A DNA stretch of 64,000 nt from a virus. The notes below the pieces were generated by a model. The model was given only the letters and a program-made list of their open reading frames with translations, made no database searches and was not told the DNA's origin. Each line of letters opens with the position of its first letter. Within the stretch, counting starts at the first letter, position 1. Shown here piece after piece: positions 48,536-59,190 of this stretch. The stretch covers positions 14,591-78,590 of the IMG/VR virus record IMGVR_UViG_3300036766_000670; one strand, 5' to 3'. The position numbers and the translations under genes are program-made.

Positions 48536-50185
48536 TTATAAAAGATCTTCCAAATAGCGACTGAAAAACTTGTCGTTATCCATCCATAAATCGTCAGCAA
48601 GTTTGTAGTTTTTTTCGATGACTCCAATTCTTTTAGTATAATCATCGGGAGTAAGTGTAGTAACAATATTTAGTAACTCTTCTGGAGTATTGAATGTGAT
48701 GATTCCATCCATATCAAAGAAATCAGAAATATTCGGGCATCCCCAATAAATCGGAATGGTTCCCGTCAAAAAGCAGTCAAGGATTTTTTCACTATAGTAA
48801 TTCGGATATATTCCATTTTCCATTGAAACTGAAAATCGGTATTCTTTCAATGCTTCAATTTTTCCTGCTATCTCACGAATACCAACCCCAAACAAATCTA
48901 TGTGAGCGCCTTTGGAGAGGAGATATTCCACACATTTTAGACGAAATTGGTGTCCTTCCGAGAAAGTTTTGGCAGAAGTGATGAAAGATATGTTCTTCGA
49001 TTTAGGATACACCTTCATCAAAGAGTTATCTTGTAAAATAGGATATGTTTGCTTGTGGATATTCTTGTTTAGAACCACTTCGTAAGCACTATTACGATGT
49101 ACAGCATTTGGTAGATGTAATAAATCTTTGCTGCAAGTTATTATCCTATCAAATTTGTCGGCGGAAGTTAGTACTCTTTGATATACTTTACTCTGTTCGA
49201 AGAGATAAGGAGGTTCATGAACATCTGCTACAATTTTTCCGTGTGGAATCTTGTAAGTTCCGTCTAAATACTTCAAAATTTCATCGTCTTGAAACAATGT
49301 AATATCGAATTCTCCCCAGGTTCTCTTATAAACGAAAGAAAATTTGGTGGGAATGCTATTTCTTTCTTTATAATCCCCGAACATATTGATTTGAGGCAAT
49401 TTTACACCACGTTCCAATTCTTCACGACTCTTTACTCGAATATAGATTTTTTTGACACGAATTTCTTCTTCATAGATTGTATTTTTGCTATCTTCACGTT
49501 CCCTGGTTCGAAGATTGTTCTGTTTGGAATTATTATAGACATATGTTGGAAAAGTTATCACTCCAATTTTTTCTATGGGAGTCATTTCCAGCATAGGATA
49601 CATCAATGATAAATCGTGGGCATGCCAATACAATTTTTTGTCTATGTTAGAAATTAAATCTACCGGATCTATCTTGTCATACAAAAACTTGCGGAAAGTT
49701 CTCATGTGGGATGCTCTCCACATATCTCTTCGGTAGAATTGATGTTTATGTACGAATGAGTCGTATGGGGTATTTTGAGGATTTGCTTCCATCAATCGGT
49801 CGGTGCCGTCATAGACCATCATTTTGCCATATGTTATCCAATAATCATTTTTGCTATATGCTTCATTTAATCTTTCTAATGTAGTAGTTGTAGCTAACCA
49901 ATCATCTCCATCAAGATTGATTATGATATCATTATCCTCACATAAACCAAATCCCATCATGTAATTTTTGGCCGCTCCTAAATTAGTGGTATTACGAATA
50001 TATGTAAACTGTTTGTTATCTCCTATGCGAGTAGTAATGCATTCATGAGTTCTGTCTGTAGAACAATCGTTAATGTAAATTACACGATAGTTTTTGTATG
50101 TTTGATCTATAATGCTATCAAAATATACATCTACCCAATCTTCATTATTATAGGAGGGAGTTATTATGGCGAACTTATTATTCAT
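48536..50185 (-). CDS. fused GT2 + GT10-like glycosyltransferase
   Basis: IITPSYN...INDCSTD...LDGDDW; C-terminal YRFSVSMEN...YYSEKILDCFLTGTIPIYWG. Confidence 0.85.
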   Translation of the reverse strand: MNNKFAIITPSYNNEDWVDVYFDSIIDQTYKNYRVIYINDCSTDRTHECITTRIGDNKQFTYIRNTTNLGAAKNYMMGFGLCEDNDIIINLDGDDWLATTTTLERLNEAYSKNDYWITYGKMMVYDGTDRLMEANPQNTPYDSFVHKHQFYRRDMWRASHMRTFRKFLYDKIDPVDLISNIDKKLYWHAHDLSLMYPMLEMTPIEKIGVITFPTYVYNNSKQNNLRTREREDSKNTIYEEEIRVKKIYIRVKSREELERGVKLPQINMFGDYKERNSIPTKFSFVYKRTWGEFDITLFQDDEILKYLDGTYKIPHGKIVADVHEPPYLFEQSKVYQRVLTSADKFDRIITCSKDLLHLPNAVHRNSAYEVVLNKNIHKQTYPILQDNSLMKVYPKSKNISFITSAKTFSEGHQFRLKCVEYLLSKGAHIDLFGVGIREIAGKIEALKEYRFSVSMENGIYPNYYSEKILDCFLTGTIPIYWGCPNISDFFDMDGIITFNTPEELLNIVTTLTPDDYTKRIGVIEKNYKLADDLWMDNDKFFSRYLEDLL

Positions 50186-51003
50186 GCTGGAACATTTTGA
50201 AATACACTACCATTGCTAACTTCTCTGGTGTTATTATCGTTTATAATGCCTAATATCTCATTATTTTGTTCAAAAAGTTGTTGATATAACTCTTTATCTT
50301 GAGGAGACCAGTTGCCGGTTTGATCGGCTTCTCGATATAGTTTCAATCCATATTTTGTGGCTAAGTTAGTCATGATTGCCTGCTCACACCTATGTTCTTT
50401 ATGTTCAGGATCTTCATCTCCTAAAATGGAAGCGTCAAATGTAGTTGCCAGCCGATTGGTAGAATAAGTAATCCATTCCATAAGAAACTGAGTTGCTTTC
50501 CATCTTCCTTTTTGAAAAAGCATAAATCTAGCTGTTCCTGCCGGGGCATATAGAGATTTTTCATCATGCTGTCCCATGACTATGAAACAGTCTGCTTTGC
50601 ACCACACGGCTTGTTTGGGCCAGGAAGATGCTGCAAATAGCATTATTCCTCCATCTTTAACACATTGATCGAATAGCATGGAGAAATCTCTAATGGGATA
50701 AGTATCTGCATCGGTGAATAGTACAATATCTCCATTGTTCAGTTTTGATAACGCATCCCATATGACATATGGTTTCCAACAATACCATCCAAATCCTCGT
50801 TCTGGTATTTGTGAATTTTTGTGTTCCCACAACCAATGATTTAGTTTGTAAAAGTCTTGAGTCATTAGCCATACATCGTCATAAACCCATACTTCCTCAG
50901 CACCATATTTTGGTGCATTCTCAACAATTATTTTGGTTGTTTCATGATACGCTTGTCCACTGAATGTTATGTATATTTTCCTCATATTACTTCTCTCATT
51001 CAT
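50182..51003 (-). CDS. putative glycosyltransferase (GT-A-like)
   Basis: GFGWYCWKPYVI...LFTDAD...EHRCEQAI. Confidence 0.6.
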   Translation of the reverse strand: MNERSNMRKIYITFSGQAYHETTKIIVENAPKYGAEEVWVYDDVWLMTQDFYKLNHWLWEHKNSQIPERGFGWYCWKPYVIWDALSKLNNGDIVLFTDADTYPIRDFSMLFDQCVKDGGIMLFAASSWPKQAVWCKADCFIVMGQHDEKSLYAPAGTARFMLFQKGRWKATQFLMEWITYSTNRLATTFDASILGDEDPEHKEHRCEQAIMTNLATKYGLKLYREADQTGNWSPQDKELYQQLFEQNNEILGIINDNNTREVSNGSVFQNVPA

Positions 51004-51998
51004 CCATAAATTGTATTATTCATATGCTCAATCCACTTTTTGACATCAGTATATATGCTTTCCATTGCTTTATTCTTTGCGTAGTAGCTGATATGTTCGT
51101 AGAACTCTTTATTATCTCGCAGTTGCATAGCGACGAATCTTGCTCCATAAACGTCATTTACATCGAAGCTCAACTCGGGAAATAGATTCTGTTGCGTATC
51201 TATTTTCTCGTTTCCTATGCAGGGAATTCCAAAGTAAGCACAGTTGAGGCTAAATGTTCCCGCAGCCACGGTCGGCATAAGATTGACTGCATATTTGAAA
51301 CTGTATAATTGCAACATCCAGTCATTCCACATGACCCACGGCAAATGTTTGAGATTTGGAACTGCCTCTTCACCTTTTCGTTTGCAATGAGAGGAAGGAA
51401 CATAGATTGGACAATTGAACTCGGTTGCAACAACATAACTCTGAAACCCGCCGTACCAATGGCAGAAGTTTCCTCCAATAATGGCTTTTTCTTCGGTCTT
51501 GTACATACACGGAGTATTAAATCTATTAACTATCATTAGCGTCGGAATGACCGCCATTTTGCTTTGGGGAAACAATCCCTTGTAAAAATGAGTATCACAT
51601 TCATTGTGAGCGAACAGAATATCACACTCGGCAAGTTGATTGTAAAAATTGAACTGAGTTACTATGTCATATTCGTTGAAAAACCATGACGGTCCCTCTT
51701 GAATGTTGCATACTTTGCTATTGTTCTTCTTAAGAGTTTCTACTACAGGTTTAGAATAAATGGATATGTCTTTGTCCACACCAGGAGTACTCATTTCTAC
51801 GCCAACAGTATTTAGCTTGACAGTTGCCTTCGGAAAGATGATGAATACAACATCATATTCCTTTATCTGTTCATATTCGTGAATGTTAAAGTGATCTGCT
51901 TGCAGGGCGTACATCCAACAAAATTCTGTTCTCATATTGGTATGTTCTGGCGGGATTTTTCCATGAAATCCCATTTCAGTTAGAAATGCTGTTTTCAT
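51000..51998 (-). CDS. putative glycosyltransferase (GT-B-like)
   Basis: AGTFSLNCAYFGIPCIG resembles a GT-B C-terminal motif; cluster context. Confidence 0.55.
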   Translation of the reverse strand: MKTAFLTEMGFHGKIPPEHTNMRTEFCWMYALQADHFNIHEYEQIKEYDVVFIIFPKATVKLNTVGVEMSTPGVDKDISIYSKPVVETLKKNNSKVCNIQEGPSWFFNEYDIVTQFNFYNQLAECDILFAHNECDTHFYKGLFPQSKMAVIPTLMIVNRFNTPCMYKTEEKAIIGGNFCHWYGGFQSYVVATEFNCPIYVPSSHCKRKGEEAVPNLKHLPWVMWNDWMLQLYSFKYAVNLMPTVAAGTFSLNCAYFGIPCIGNEKIDTQQNLFPELSFDVNDVYGARFVAMQLRDNKEFYEHISYYAKNKAMESIYTDVKKWIEHMNNTIYG

Positions 51999-52617
51999 TT
52001 TTTAAACAAATAATCGTTGTGAAGCCCGTTCCACATCGGGTTATCTTCTTTGTTAAACTGACTAAAGTTTTCTCCAGTGTATCCGTTCTTTTCTAAAAGT
52101 TGGAATATTTCTTCCTTTTTACTGTTCCATATTTCTACCAATATCAGCTTCGGAGAACAGTAAGAAAAATCAAGTCCTTTTAGTACTCCCAATTCATATC
52201 CTTCTACATCTAATGAGAATAAATCCACAGAAGTAATACTATATTCTCGAAGTATAGAAGTTAAAGTTATCCCTTTAATCAAATAATCTCCATTTCCAAC
52301 TCTTCCTCCAAGATTTCCATTAAAATTACCTGGAAACATTTTGCCTTCGTGCTCAGAAGAGGTCAATACAGCATTTATAAAGATATTCCGTTGACTTCGA
52401 TTTTGTTGACATTGAAAAATTGAAATTGGAGAAGCATCAATTAATAATCCAAGCCAGTCTCTTCTTTTTTCGAGGTTGAATGTATTGCTTTGCTGAACAC
52501 CGTCATTACATCCACATTCAATGTAAAATCCATAATACTGATTTTTACAATAATTAAATATTTTGTCTGATATTGGTATCATACAAATTCCATTTCAGTT
52601 AGAAATGCTGTTTTCAT
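51971..52617 (-). repeat. 28-bp exact direct repeat (51971-51998 and 52590-52617) flanking an FkbM gene
   Basis: ccatttcagttagaaatgctgttttcat occurs twice; equals the 5' end of gene 51000..51998. Confidence 0.95.
51995..52582 (-). CDS. FkbM-family methyltransferase
   Basis: YIECGCNDG...SNT, W.GLLID, DLFSLDVEGYEL.VLKG. Confidence 0.88.
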   Translation of the reverse strand: MIPISDKIFNYCKNQYYGFYIECGCNDGVQQSNTFNLEKRRDWLGLLIDASPISIFQCQQNRSQRNIFINAVLTSSEHEGKMFPGNFNGNLGGRVGNGDYLIKGITLTSILREYSITSVDLFSLDVEGYELGVLKGLDFSYCSPKLILVEIWNSKKEEIFQLLEKNGYTGENFSQFNKEDNPMWNGLHNDYLFKK

Positions 52618-52619
52618 AT

Positions 52620-53234
52620 TTATTTGGAACGAACATATAATGAATCTCCCCAGTTATAAGGTGCATAAGGAAACCAATCACCAACTCGATCAAATCCTTG
52701 TAATTTTAGAAAAGCATCCAGTTCATTTCTTTGTACGCAACCTTCGTAAAGTTCTGCTAGATTGACTTCGGTGTAAATAGCATCTATATTTTTGATAGTT
52801 TCAATACCTCCTTTAAATACTTCAAGTTCATATCCCTGAACATCAATGTTGATAAAATTGAATTCGATTCGGTCAAATGGAAGCAAATCTATCTTTGTTA
52901 TTGGCACATCAATTTTTTTACTAAATGAGCAGAATTGAGTTGTAGCTATTTTTGGTTTTAAGAGAGAAGAGGCTTGTCCGTCAAAAGAATCGTCAAGATA
53001 CATTTTTGAAGTTCCCTCTTTGTTTCCAAGAGCAGTTTCAAAAAGAATACACTCTGGCCCAACATTTTTCTTTAAAATTTGAAAATAGATCGGTTGCGGT
53101 TCCACAAAGATGATATTCTTGATCTTGACATCTTTATAGTACGAATATTCTTCTCCTTTATAAGCACCAACATGTATGACCCCACGAACATTTAATTTGT
53201 ACTCGGTAATGAGTTGTGGTAAAGGTTTTATCAT
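52620..53234 (-). CDS. FkbM-family methyltransferase
   Basis: VIHVGAYKG, SSLL, NIDVQGYELEVFKG, WGDSLY. Confidence 0.88.
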   Translation of the reverse strand: MIKPLPQLITEYKLNVRGVIHVGAYKGEEYSYYKDVKIKNIIFVEPQPIYFQILKKNVGPECILFETALGNKEGTSKMYLDDSFDGQASSLLKPKIATTQFCSFSKKIDVPITKIDLLPFDRIEFNFINIDVQGYELEVFKGGIETIKNIDAIYTEVNLAELYEGCVQRNELDAFLKLQGFDRVGDWFPYAPYNWGDSLYVRSK

Positions 53235-53245
53235 AGTTTTTTGAC

Positions 53246-53914
53246 TTAGATCGCTTGCAATAATTCATCTCCAGGCATATTCACATCATTATCATGCTTA
53301 AACATTTTTACCAATGTTGAATCTACAATTCGTGGATCAATCCACCAATCTTCATATACATCATTATGACTTTCATTTGATATATTTCCTGCAATCAATT
53401 CATATCCATATCGTTTGAATATCGTTCTTGACGCTCCACGCACATACGAACCTTCTGGTAATCTATAGATTTCATGTTCGAATGTAATCACCGAAAATCT
53501 ATAACTTTCCATTGGAAGTTTCAATAGGCAATTTAAGAATTGAATAGCAGGATCAATGTCTATTTGAAGATAATCTATTTGTTTGGGATAATCGGATAAC
53601 AGTTTTTCATAATCCACCTTGAGTGCATCTCCCAGAACGAATGTATTGGTTCGGTTCTGTTTGTGTAATATTTCAAATTTCTCGTTAGTCTCAATAGAGA
53701 TTCCGTGCCAGCCGAATACTTTTTCCAGCAAATAAGTGTTACTAGATTCGGTTGGATCGCCAGCGCCTATTTCCAAAAATGTTCCGTTTCGTTTTCCGTT
53801 CAGCATCGTAAGCACAAATATATCCTGGAATGTTTGTGAATAGTTTTGTTTTATAAGTTCCAGGTCAGGGAATTTATGCTTTAGGGAAACATTGTCACTG
53901 ATATACTTCTTCAT
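53246..53914 (-). CDS. FkbM-like methyltransferase
   Basis: YSQTFQD, FLEIGAGD..SNTYLLE, IDYLQIDID, ITFEH, EDWW. Confidence 0.8.
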   Translation of the reverse strand: MKKYISDNVSLKHKFPDLELIKQNYSQTFQDIFVLTMLNGKRNGTFLEIGAGDPTESSNTYLLEKVFGWHGISIETNEKFEILHKQNRTNTFVLGDALKVDYEKLLSDYPKQIDYLQIDIDPAIQFLNCLLKLPMESYRFSVITFEHEIYRLPEGSYVRGASRTIFKRYGYELIAGNISNESHNDVYEDWWIDPRIVDSTLVKMFKHDNDVNMPGDELLQAI

Positions 53915-54696
53915 ACTTTAACTTTGATATGTTTTTTATCGGTCGGCACCAAATCAATATCATGTAGTTGAGGTTCATATTTCCACCAGCCGTTTCCGCC
54001 TAATGGGGCATAAACCTTTATTTGATTTCCTAAAAATGACGCCCAAAATCCAAATGATGATTGAGATAGTATTAGTCTTTTGGAACATTTTAACATAGTG
54101 AAATCCGCCATTGTTCCCTTGTGGAATATGGACACATTTTTAAGACATTGAAGAAGTTCGTTTAGAACAGTTGCCTTTGGACTATCAGTTACGATGATAC
54201 ATCGGTTGTAATTTTCCATCATATTTATAATGTCAATATAAATTTTCATAGGAAGAGATATTCCTGCGGCAAGATAATCATCCAATCTTATGAGAACCAC
54301 TATATCATCTTCATCTGGCTTTTTATAACGAGAATCATCATACTCAAACCATTTTTTTATTTCTTCGAGATGAGGCGTGTAGTAATAATGCTTTTGCCAA
54401 TATCCACCAAGATATATCTGTCCATTGTGTTTTAAGATTGTATCCATATCTAAATATTGAAATGCAGTGTTTGAACATTCTACCCCAAAAGATAAGGAGT
54501 TGGTTGTAACTTTAGTTCCGCTAGTTAGAGGGCCAGCGTTAGGGAAATATTGTTGTACTAACGGAGGACTATTTCCTTCTCCGTCCCTATTATCTTCCAC
54601 TTCCAATTGATAACCCTTTTTTTCTGCTATAATTCGAGCCATAGCATATTCACACATTTGGTTTCCAAGCCGTCCTCTATATCTTATCACTACCAT
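53911..54696 (-). CDS. alpha-1,2-fucosyltransferase-like (GT11)
   Basis: GRLGNQM, GYWQ, IRLDDY, SSFGFWA. Confidence 0.8.
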   Translation of the reverse strand: MVVIRYRGRLGNQMCEYAMARIIAEKKGYQLEVEDNRDGEGNSPPLVQQYFPNAGPLTSGTKVTTNSLSFGVECSNTAFQYLDMDTILKHNGQIYLGGYWQKHYYYTPHLEEIKKWFEYDDSRYKKPDEDDIVVLIRLDDYLAAGISLPMKIYIDIINMMENYNRCIIVTDSPKATVLNELLQCLKNVSIFHKGTMADFTMLKCSKRLILSQSSFGFWASFLGNQIKVYAPLGGNGWWKYEPQLHDIDLVPTDKKHIKVKV

Positions 54697-54707
54697 AAAT
54701 TTTCCGT

Positions 54708-55541
54708 TTATATTGTGAATGATTTTACTCTTTGTTCCCACCATTCAAAATATAGTTTATCTAGATTCCATTCAGATGACATAATACGTTCATATTCTTT
54801 ATTTAGAAATTCTTCGGTGATTTCGTCCCATTGATTAACTAAACATATTGGCAAATCTTCATAATATGATAGATTAACGTGGCGTTTTAGCACGGGTATT
54901 GTATCCATGTACAAAGATTCCCAAGTTCTATGACAATCTATTCCACTTCCTTCTGGAGATATTACAAACTTGTGTCTATAAACATTATCAATGTATCCAT
55001 CAAAGTCAAAAATATTTGGATTTCGAACAGTAGTTACAAATGGTTTGCCTGCCAGAAGTTTATAAGGAGTTTCTCTCTCCTTACTGTTAGTTGTTATGCT
55101 ATAACACAGATATACCAGATTTTTATAAGTTTTTTCCTCTTTTATTTTTGCCAACATTCTGTCTATTTTGTAGATATGGTGAAAACTAAATCGGTGAAGA
55201 TTTTCCAATCCGAATGGGATTGATTCCCACCTATCTTTTCTAATCATTATATTCGGGCAGAACCAGTGAATAACATTTTTTGGAAGTTTGGAGTAAAACT
55301 CTTCTCCAATATTCCAATCGGAACAGTGGGTTATTAATACTACTTCCTTATTTACCTTTTCCATTACCGGGAAGAATGAATGAATGAATGAAGTAAGCGT
55401 AAAAATAATAGGAATGCCATCAAAAGCTTCCACTGCTGCTACATCGAATGTATTGGGGTGATGACAGTTATCATGTTCGCTTGGAATACTGTAGATAAAA
55501 TCCGAAATGCCCGCAAATAAATCTCCGTAAATGAACTTCAT
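54708..55541 (-). CDS. exostosin/GT47-like glycosyltransferase
   Basis: KFVISPEGSGIDCHRTWESLY..IPV. Confidence 0.7.
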   Translation of the reverse strand: MKFIYGDLFAGISDFIYSIPSEHDNCHHPNTFDVAAVEAFDGIPIIFTLTSFIHSFFPVMEKVNKEVVLITHCSDWNIGEEFYSKLPKNVIHWFCPNIMIRKDRWESIPFGLENLHRFSFHHIYKIDRMLAKIKEEKTYKNLVYLCYSITTNSKERETPYKLLAGKPFVTTVRNPNIFDFDGYIDNVYRHKFVISPEGSGIDCHRTWESLYMDTIPVLKRHVNLSYYEDLPICLVNQWDEITEEFLNKEYERIMSSEWNLDKLYFEWWEQRVKSFTI

Positions 55542-55543
55542 AT

Positions 55544-56332
55544 TTATACTCCTTGCCAACTGCAATAATGTAAGTGTATTGCATAAGTCTCGGGATATGT
55601 GAACTTTTTCATTATATTACGCAAATTACTTATTGAAAGATTTCTTATCTGCATACGATCTTTGCCCGGAAATGGAAAGAAAAATGAGGCTGAAAAAAAT
55701 ACCGTCAAATCGGGGTCAATTTCGTTTATAATAGTCTTTCCATTGAGTACTGGCCCAATATCCATTATATCTCCGATAGATAGAGGAATATTTTTGACTT
55801 CCTTCATTTTGTCAATGACATTTCTAACCATTCCGTTATTTGGACAGGTTCCTACAAATCCCGAAACAAGGCTGTGAGGAATTATAATAGGTGCTTGACC
55901 ATAGGCCGTAAAATAGTTCAAATACAACAAATCGTCCAGCGGTTTTATGTTAAGGAAATCGCTATCCATATAAATACCTCCGTAACGATAGAGTATTTCA
56001 CATCTAACGACATCGCTTTTGGCAGAAGGATTTGGTACTCTAGAATACAAATCATAGTTTTCCAACCCAAACTTTTCGAGTGCTTCTTCATTCCACAACT
56101 TGAACTCGTAAGATGGATGATTTTCTTTCCATATGTTTATGAGTTCCTGTAGTTTTGGAGGGAAAGGACAGCCTAACCATACATAATGAAATATCCTTGG
56201 TATTCTTTCGGTTCTATCTCCATTATAATTGAGATAATTATCGTTGTAAAGTTTTTCAATGATCTCCATCCTATAGTCAATGTCACTATTACATTTTTGG
56301 AAAGATTCTCTAAATGTAGGTTTGGCAATCAT
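55544..56332 (-). CDS. GT32 (Och1-like, DxD) glycosyltransferase
   Basis: IPRIFHYVWLG, SDVVRCEILYRYGGIYMDSD. Confidence 0.88.
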   Translation of the reverse strand: MIAKPTFRESFQKCNSDIDYRMEIIEKLYNDNYLNYNGDRTERIPRIFHYVWLGCPFPPKLQELINIWKENHPSYEFKLWNEEALEKFGLENYDLYSRVPNPSAKSDVVRCEILYRYGGIYMDSDFLNIKPLDDLLYLNYFTAYGQAPIIIPHSLVSGFVGTCPNNGMVRNVIDKMKEVKNIPLSIGDIMDIGPVLNGKTIINEIDPDLTVFFSASFFFPFPGKDRMQIRNLSISNLRNIMKKFTYPETYAIHLHYCSWQGV

Positions 56333-57021
56333 ACATTTTGTTTGTATCCTCCATACCCCCTATTTTCATCTTCGGTAAACTCTTTGTTATACCACAGATT
56401 TGTCTGGAGTTGGGTTTCTATAGTCTTATCGTGATACAATGAAAAATCAACTTCGGCAGGCAGAGCGGAATATTTGGTATATCCTTCGATCTTTTCATGC
56501 AGACGGCGATCCCATCTTATTCTTGCAGAGACATTCTTGTAAACTCTACCCTGATAATCGGGCCAGTTGATTATTGGTCGACCTCCATATTCTTTACATG
56601 GAGTTAGTCTCCATCCCCATTGATTTGCATGCTCTTGTTTAACTCCTTTGAAGTCATTGACTCGGGGGAGAAGAAAAAGTTCGATATCAGGATTTGCTCC
56701 TATGATGTTTTTGATGTTCATTAGTAAAACTTCCGAAGGAAGTTCATCCGCATCTATTTGAAATATCCAATCTCCTTTACACAGTTCATTTCCATAGTTT
56801 TTGTGTGCTCCATAATTGCGATCTAGAGCATGTTGATATACTCTTACATTGTCTTTATAGGAATATTCCAAGAGAATTTTCTGACATTTGGGGTTATCAG
56901 AAAAGTCATCGAGGATTACAATCTCATCGTCCAGATCGCAAAATCTGGATACTCTTTGAAGTAGATTTTTGAGAGTACAATCTTCATTGTGGCAAGTGAT
57001 TAAGTATGAAATTTTCAGCAT
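56329..57021 (-). CDS. GT2 glycosyltransferase
   Basis: ITCHNE, LDDFSD, WIFQIDADE, LHE. Confidence 0.85.
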   Translation of the reverse strand: MLKISYLITCHNEDCTLKNLLQRVSRFCDLDDEIVILDDFSDNPKCQKILLEYSYKDNVRVYQHALDRNYGAHKNYGNELCKGDWIFQIDADELPSEVLLMNIKNIIGANPDIELFLLPRVNDFKGVKQEHANQWGWRLTPCKEYGGRPIINWPDYQGRVYKNVSARIRWDRRLHEKIEGYTKYSALPAEVDFSLYHDKTIETQLQTNLWYNKEFTEDENRGYGGYKQNV

Positions 57022-57031
57022 ATGACATAAC

Positions 57032-58459
57032 TTATTTTACTGGTATTAGGGTTGTTGATGAAGTTGTTTTTCCTTCGCCAGGAATAGATGGAGAACATCC
57101 TCCAGCGGGCATTGTCACACTTGCTGTGATCGCTGTTATTGGCGGTAATCCTTTGTTAGAGAAACTCAATTTCTTTAACTTTGGAAGTATTATTGGTTCT
57201 TCTATAGCAAACTTCGGAACATATTTGTCTAATATTGCATGAAACACCTTATCCATAGTTTCAATCGAAAACTTTTCAGCATTTTCAACCCGAAGAGCTT
57301 CGGCGTTCTTTAGAATGTCATCGCTATAATTTCTGAAATATTGACGCATCTTCTGTCCAGCAGCCACATAGTCTACCTCAAACCATCGTGCATCTTTGAT
57401 AAACCATTCATTTAAAGCTTCGTCGGGAATAGGCACGAGATTCCCTTCAAAGAATTTGCAAAGTTTTGGATTCAAGAAATCCAAGTGACCGCTCCAATGT
57501 GGGGTCAGGAGAGGCTTGCCACTTAAAGTAGCAATTAAGAGAGGATGCCCGAATCCTTCACCGTGGGTAAAACTGACATGTACTTTTACCTTTTCATGAT
57601 TGTAAAGTGCATTCATTTCTTTATCTTCCAGTTCTCCATGAAGAAGATAAATGTTTGGAAGTTTGATATTGGGCGGTAATCCCTGTTTTACCATATTGGT
57701 AACTTCACGGATTTTATTGATGCATTCATATTTATCCATGATACAAATTTGCGCTCCGCTCGTTTTTAGAATAAGAGCGGGAGGATTTTCCACACCGGCA
57801 AATGTCTCAAGAAAAGTTTTGATTAGAAATCCAATTGCTTTGCGATCTGCTCGCATATTCCCCGCCGTCCACTGACCAACAAATAGAAAACAGAATGATT
57901 CGGGAAGTTCTTTCAAACTTTCTTCAAGTGAAGCAATTTTTTCATCAGTCTTGTGATACACTTTTGTATCTGCTCCCCAAAATAATATTTCCATTGGAGT
58001 TTTGACTTTCAACTCTTCCGAGGTTCCATTAGGAAGTTTCTTGTTATAATTGGCACAAACAAACACATCACGAGCATGAACAGAAGTAACGATGTTCAAG
58101 TTCATGCGATTCAGACCTTCAAGCCATTCGGGTTTTGGAACTGTTGTTTCGATTCCTGCCGTCATACCGATATTGTACTTGGCCGGAGTAGCAAACTCAT
58201 TAGGAATGGTCATTTGAATGAATAACTCTGGTTGTCTTGTAAGAGGAGATTTTATAACACGATTGAAAAGTTCCTTTCCTTCTGGGTCGTTGATTTCTGA
58301 ATCCAAGTTTTTTTTCGAACATGCTCCCCAGATTGTCGGCGCTGTTATAAGTTCGAACTTATTATATCTCAATAAACTTTTTCCAATTGCCACTCCCCAA
58401 TCTCCGTATCCACTTCTTGTAAACAATGGAGCCTGAAAAATACAAACGGGTTTACTCAT
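57032..58459 (-). CDS. GT4-like (GT-B) glycosyltransferase
   Basis: SGYG, FLFVGQW, RK.IG.LI..F, THGEGFGHPLL, WSGHLDF. Confidence 0.8.
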   Translation of the reverse strand: MSKPVCIFQAPLFTRSGYGDWGVAIGKSLLRYNKFELITAPTIWGACSKKNLDSEINDPEGKELFNRVIKSPLTRQPELFIQMTIPNEFATPAKYNIGMTAGIETTVPKPEWLEGLNRMNLNIVTSVHARDVFVCANYNKKLPNGTSEELKVKTPMEILFWGADTKVYHKTDEKIASLEESLKELPESFCFLFVGQWTAGNMRADRKAIGFLIKTFLETFAGVENPPALILKTSGAQICIMDKYECINKIREVTNMVKQGLPPNIKLPNIYLLHGELEDKEMNALYNHEKVKVHVSFTHGEGFGHPLLIATLSGKPLLTPHWSGHLDFLNPKLCKFFEGNLVPIPDEALNEWFIKDARWFEVDYVAAGQKMRQYFRNYSDDILKNAEALRVENAEKFSIETMDKVFHAILDKYVPKFAIEEPIILPKLKKLSFSNKGLPPITAITASVTMPAGGCSPSIPGEGKTTSSTTLIPVK

Positions 58460-59190
58460 ATTTTTATTCCTAACTCTTTTTCTGTTATTATTCTAAAACT
58501 ATAACCATTTTTCTTACAAAACTTTTTGGTATATTTTATTTTTTCTTTATTATTGAAACACACCGAGTTTATCAATACAGATGGTTTTACTTCTTCTATA
58601 ATACTATTATTCACTAAAAAATCGGGAATATATCTTTGCTTCTTGTTTCTATTCATATATGGTATTACTATTCCGTGTTTTTTAGTCCACCTTTCCCCAC
58701 TATTGTCTAACTGTTTCATTCTTATCAACTCATATGAACTTTGATAATATTCTCTTTTACTGGTCATAGTAGATATATAATATCCGTGTAAATGTTTAGT
58801 TTTTGTCGGAGAAATTCGTCCCTTCGCCGTTTCGTCTATAAACCAACTTCTAAAACATTCTTGATTACAAAATTTTCCCCATCCTATTCGTATTCTTGAA
58901 GCCATCGCATAAATAGGCTTTTTACAATATTTACATTTTCTATACGTTCCTTTTCTGATGAATATCTTTCCTTTATCGGCACATTTCCTACAACAGAACT
59001 TTCCTTTATCGTCATCTATTCTATTTTTAGGAGTATAAAATATTTTACCGCATATTTTACATTTACACCTTTTGGTTCCGCTAGTATGTTTTGTTAAATA
59101 ACATTTTCGTGAGCAATAATTTCTTCCACTCCAACTTGGATAAACATAAAATACTTTGAGACATGTTTTACATTTTCTTTCTGTTTTCAT
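58456..59190 (-). CDS. putative homing endonuclease: three Zn-finger repeats + TnsA-like PD-(D/E)XK domain
   Basis: 3x CxxC...[YF]C...C; YQSSYE...IPY...YIPDFLV...EEVKP. Confidence 0.75.
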   Translation of the reverse strand: MKTERKCKTCLKVFYVYPSWSGRNYCSRKCYLTKHTSGTKRCKCKICGKIFYTPKNRIDDDKGKFCCRKCADKGKIFIRKGTYRKCKYCKKPIYAMASRIRIGWGKFCNQECFRSWFIDETAKGRISPTKTKHLHGYYISTMTSKREYYQSSYELIRMKQLDNSGERWTKKHGIVIPYMNRNKKQRYIPDFLVNNSIIEEVKPSVLINSVCFNNKEKIKYTKKFCKKNGYSFRIITEKELGIKI

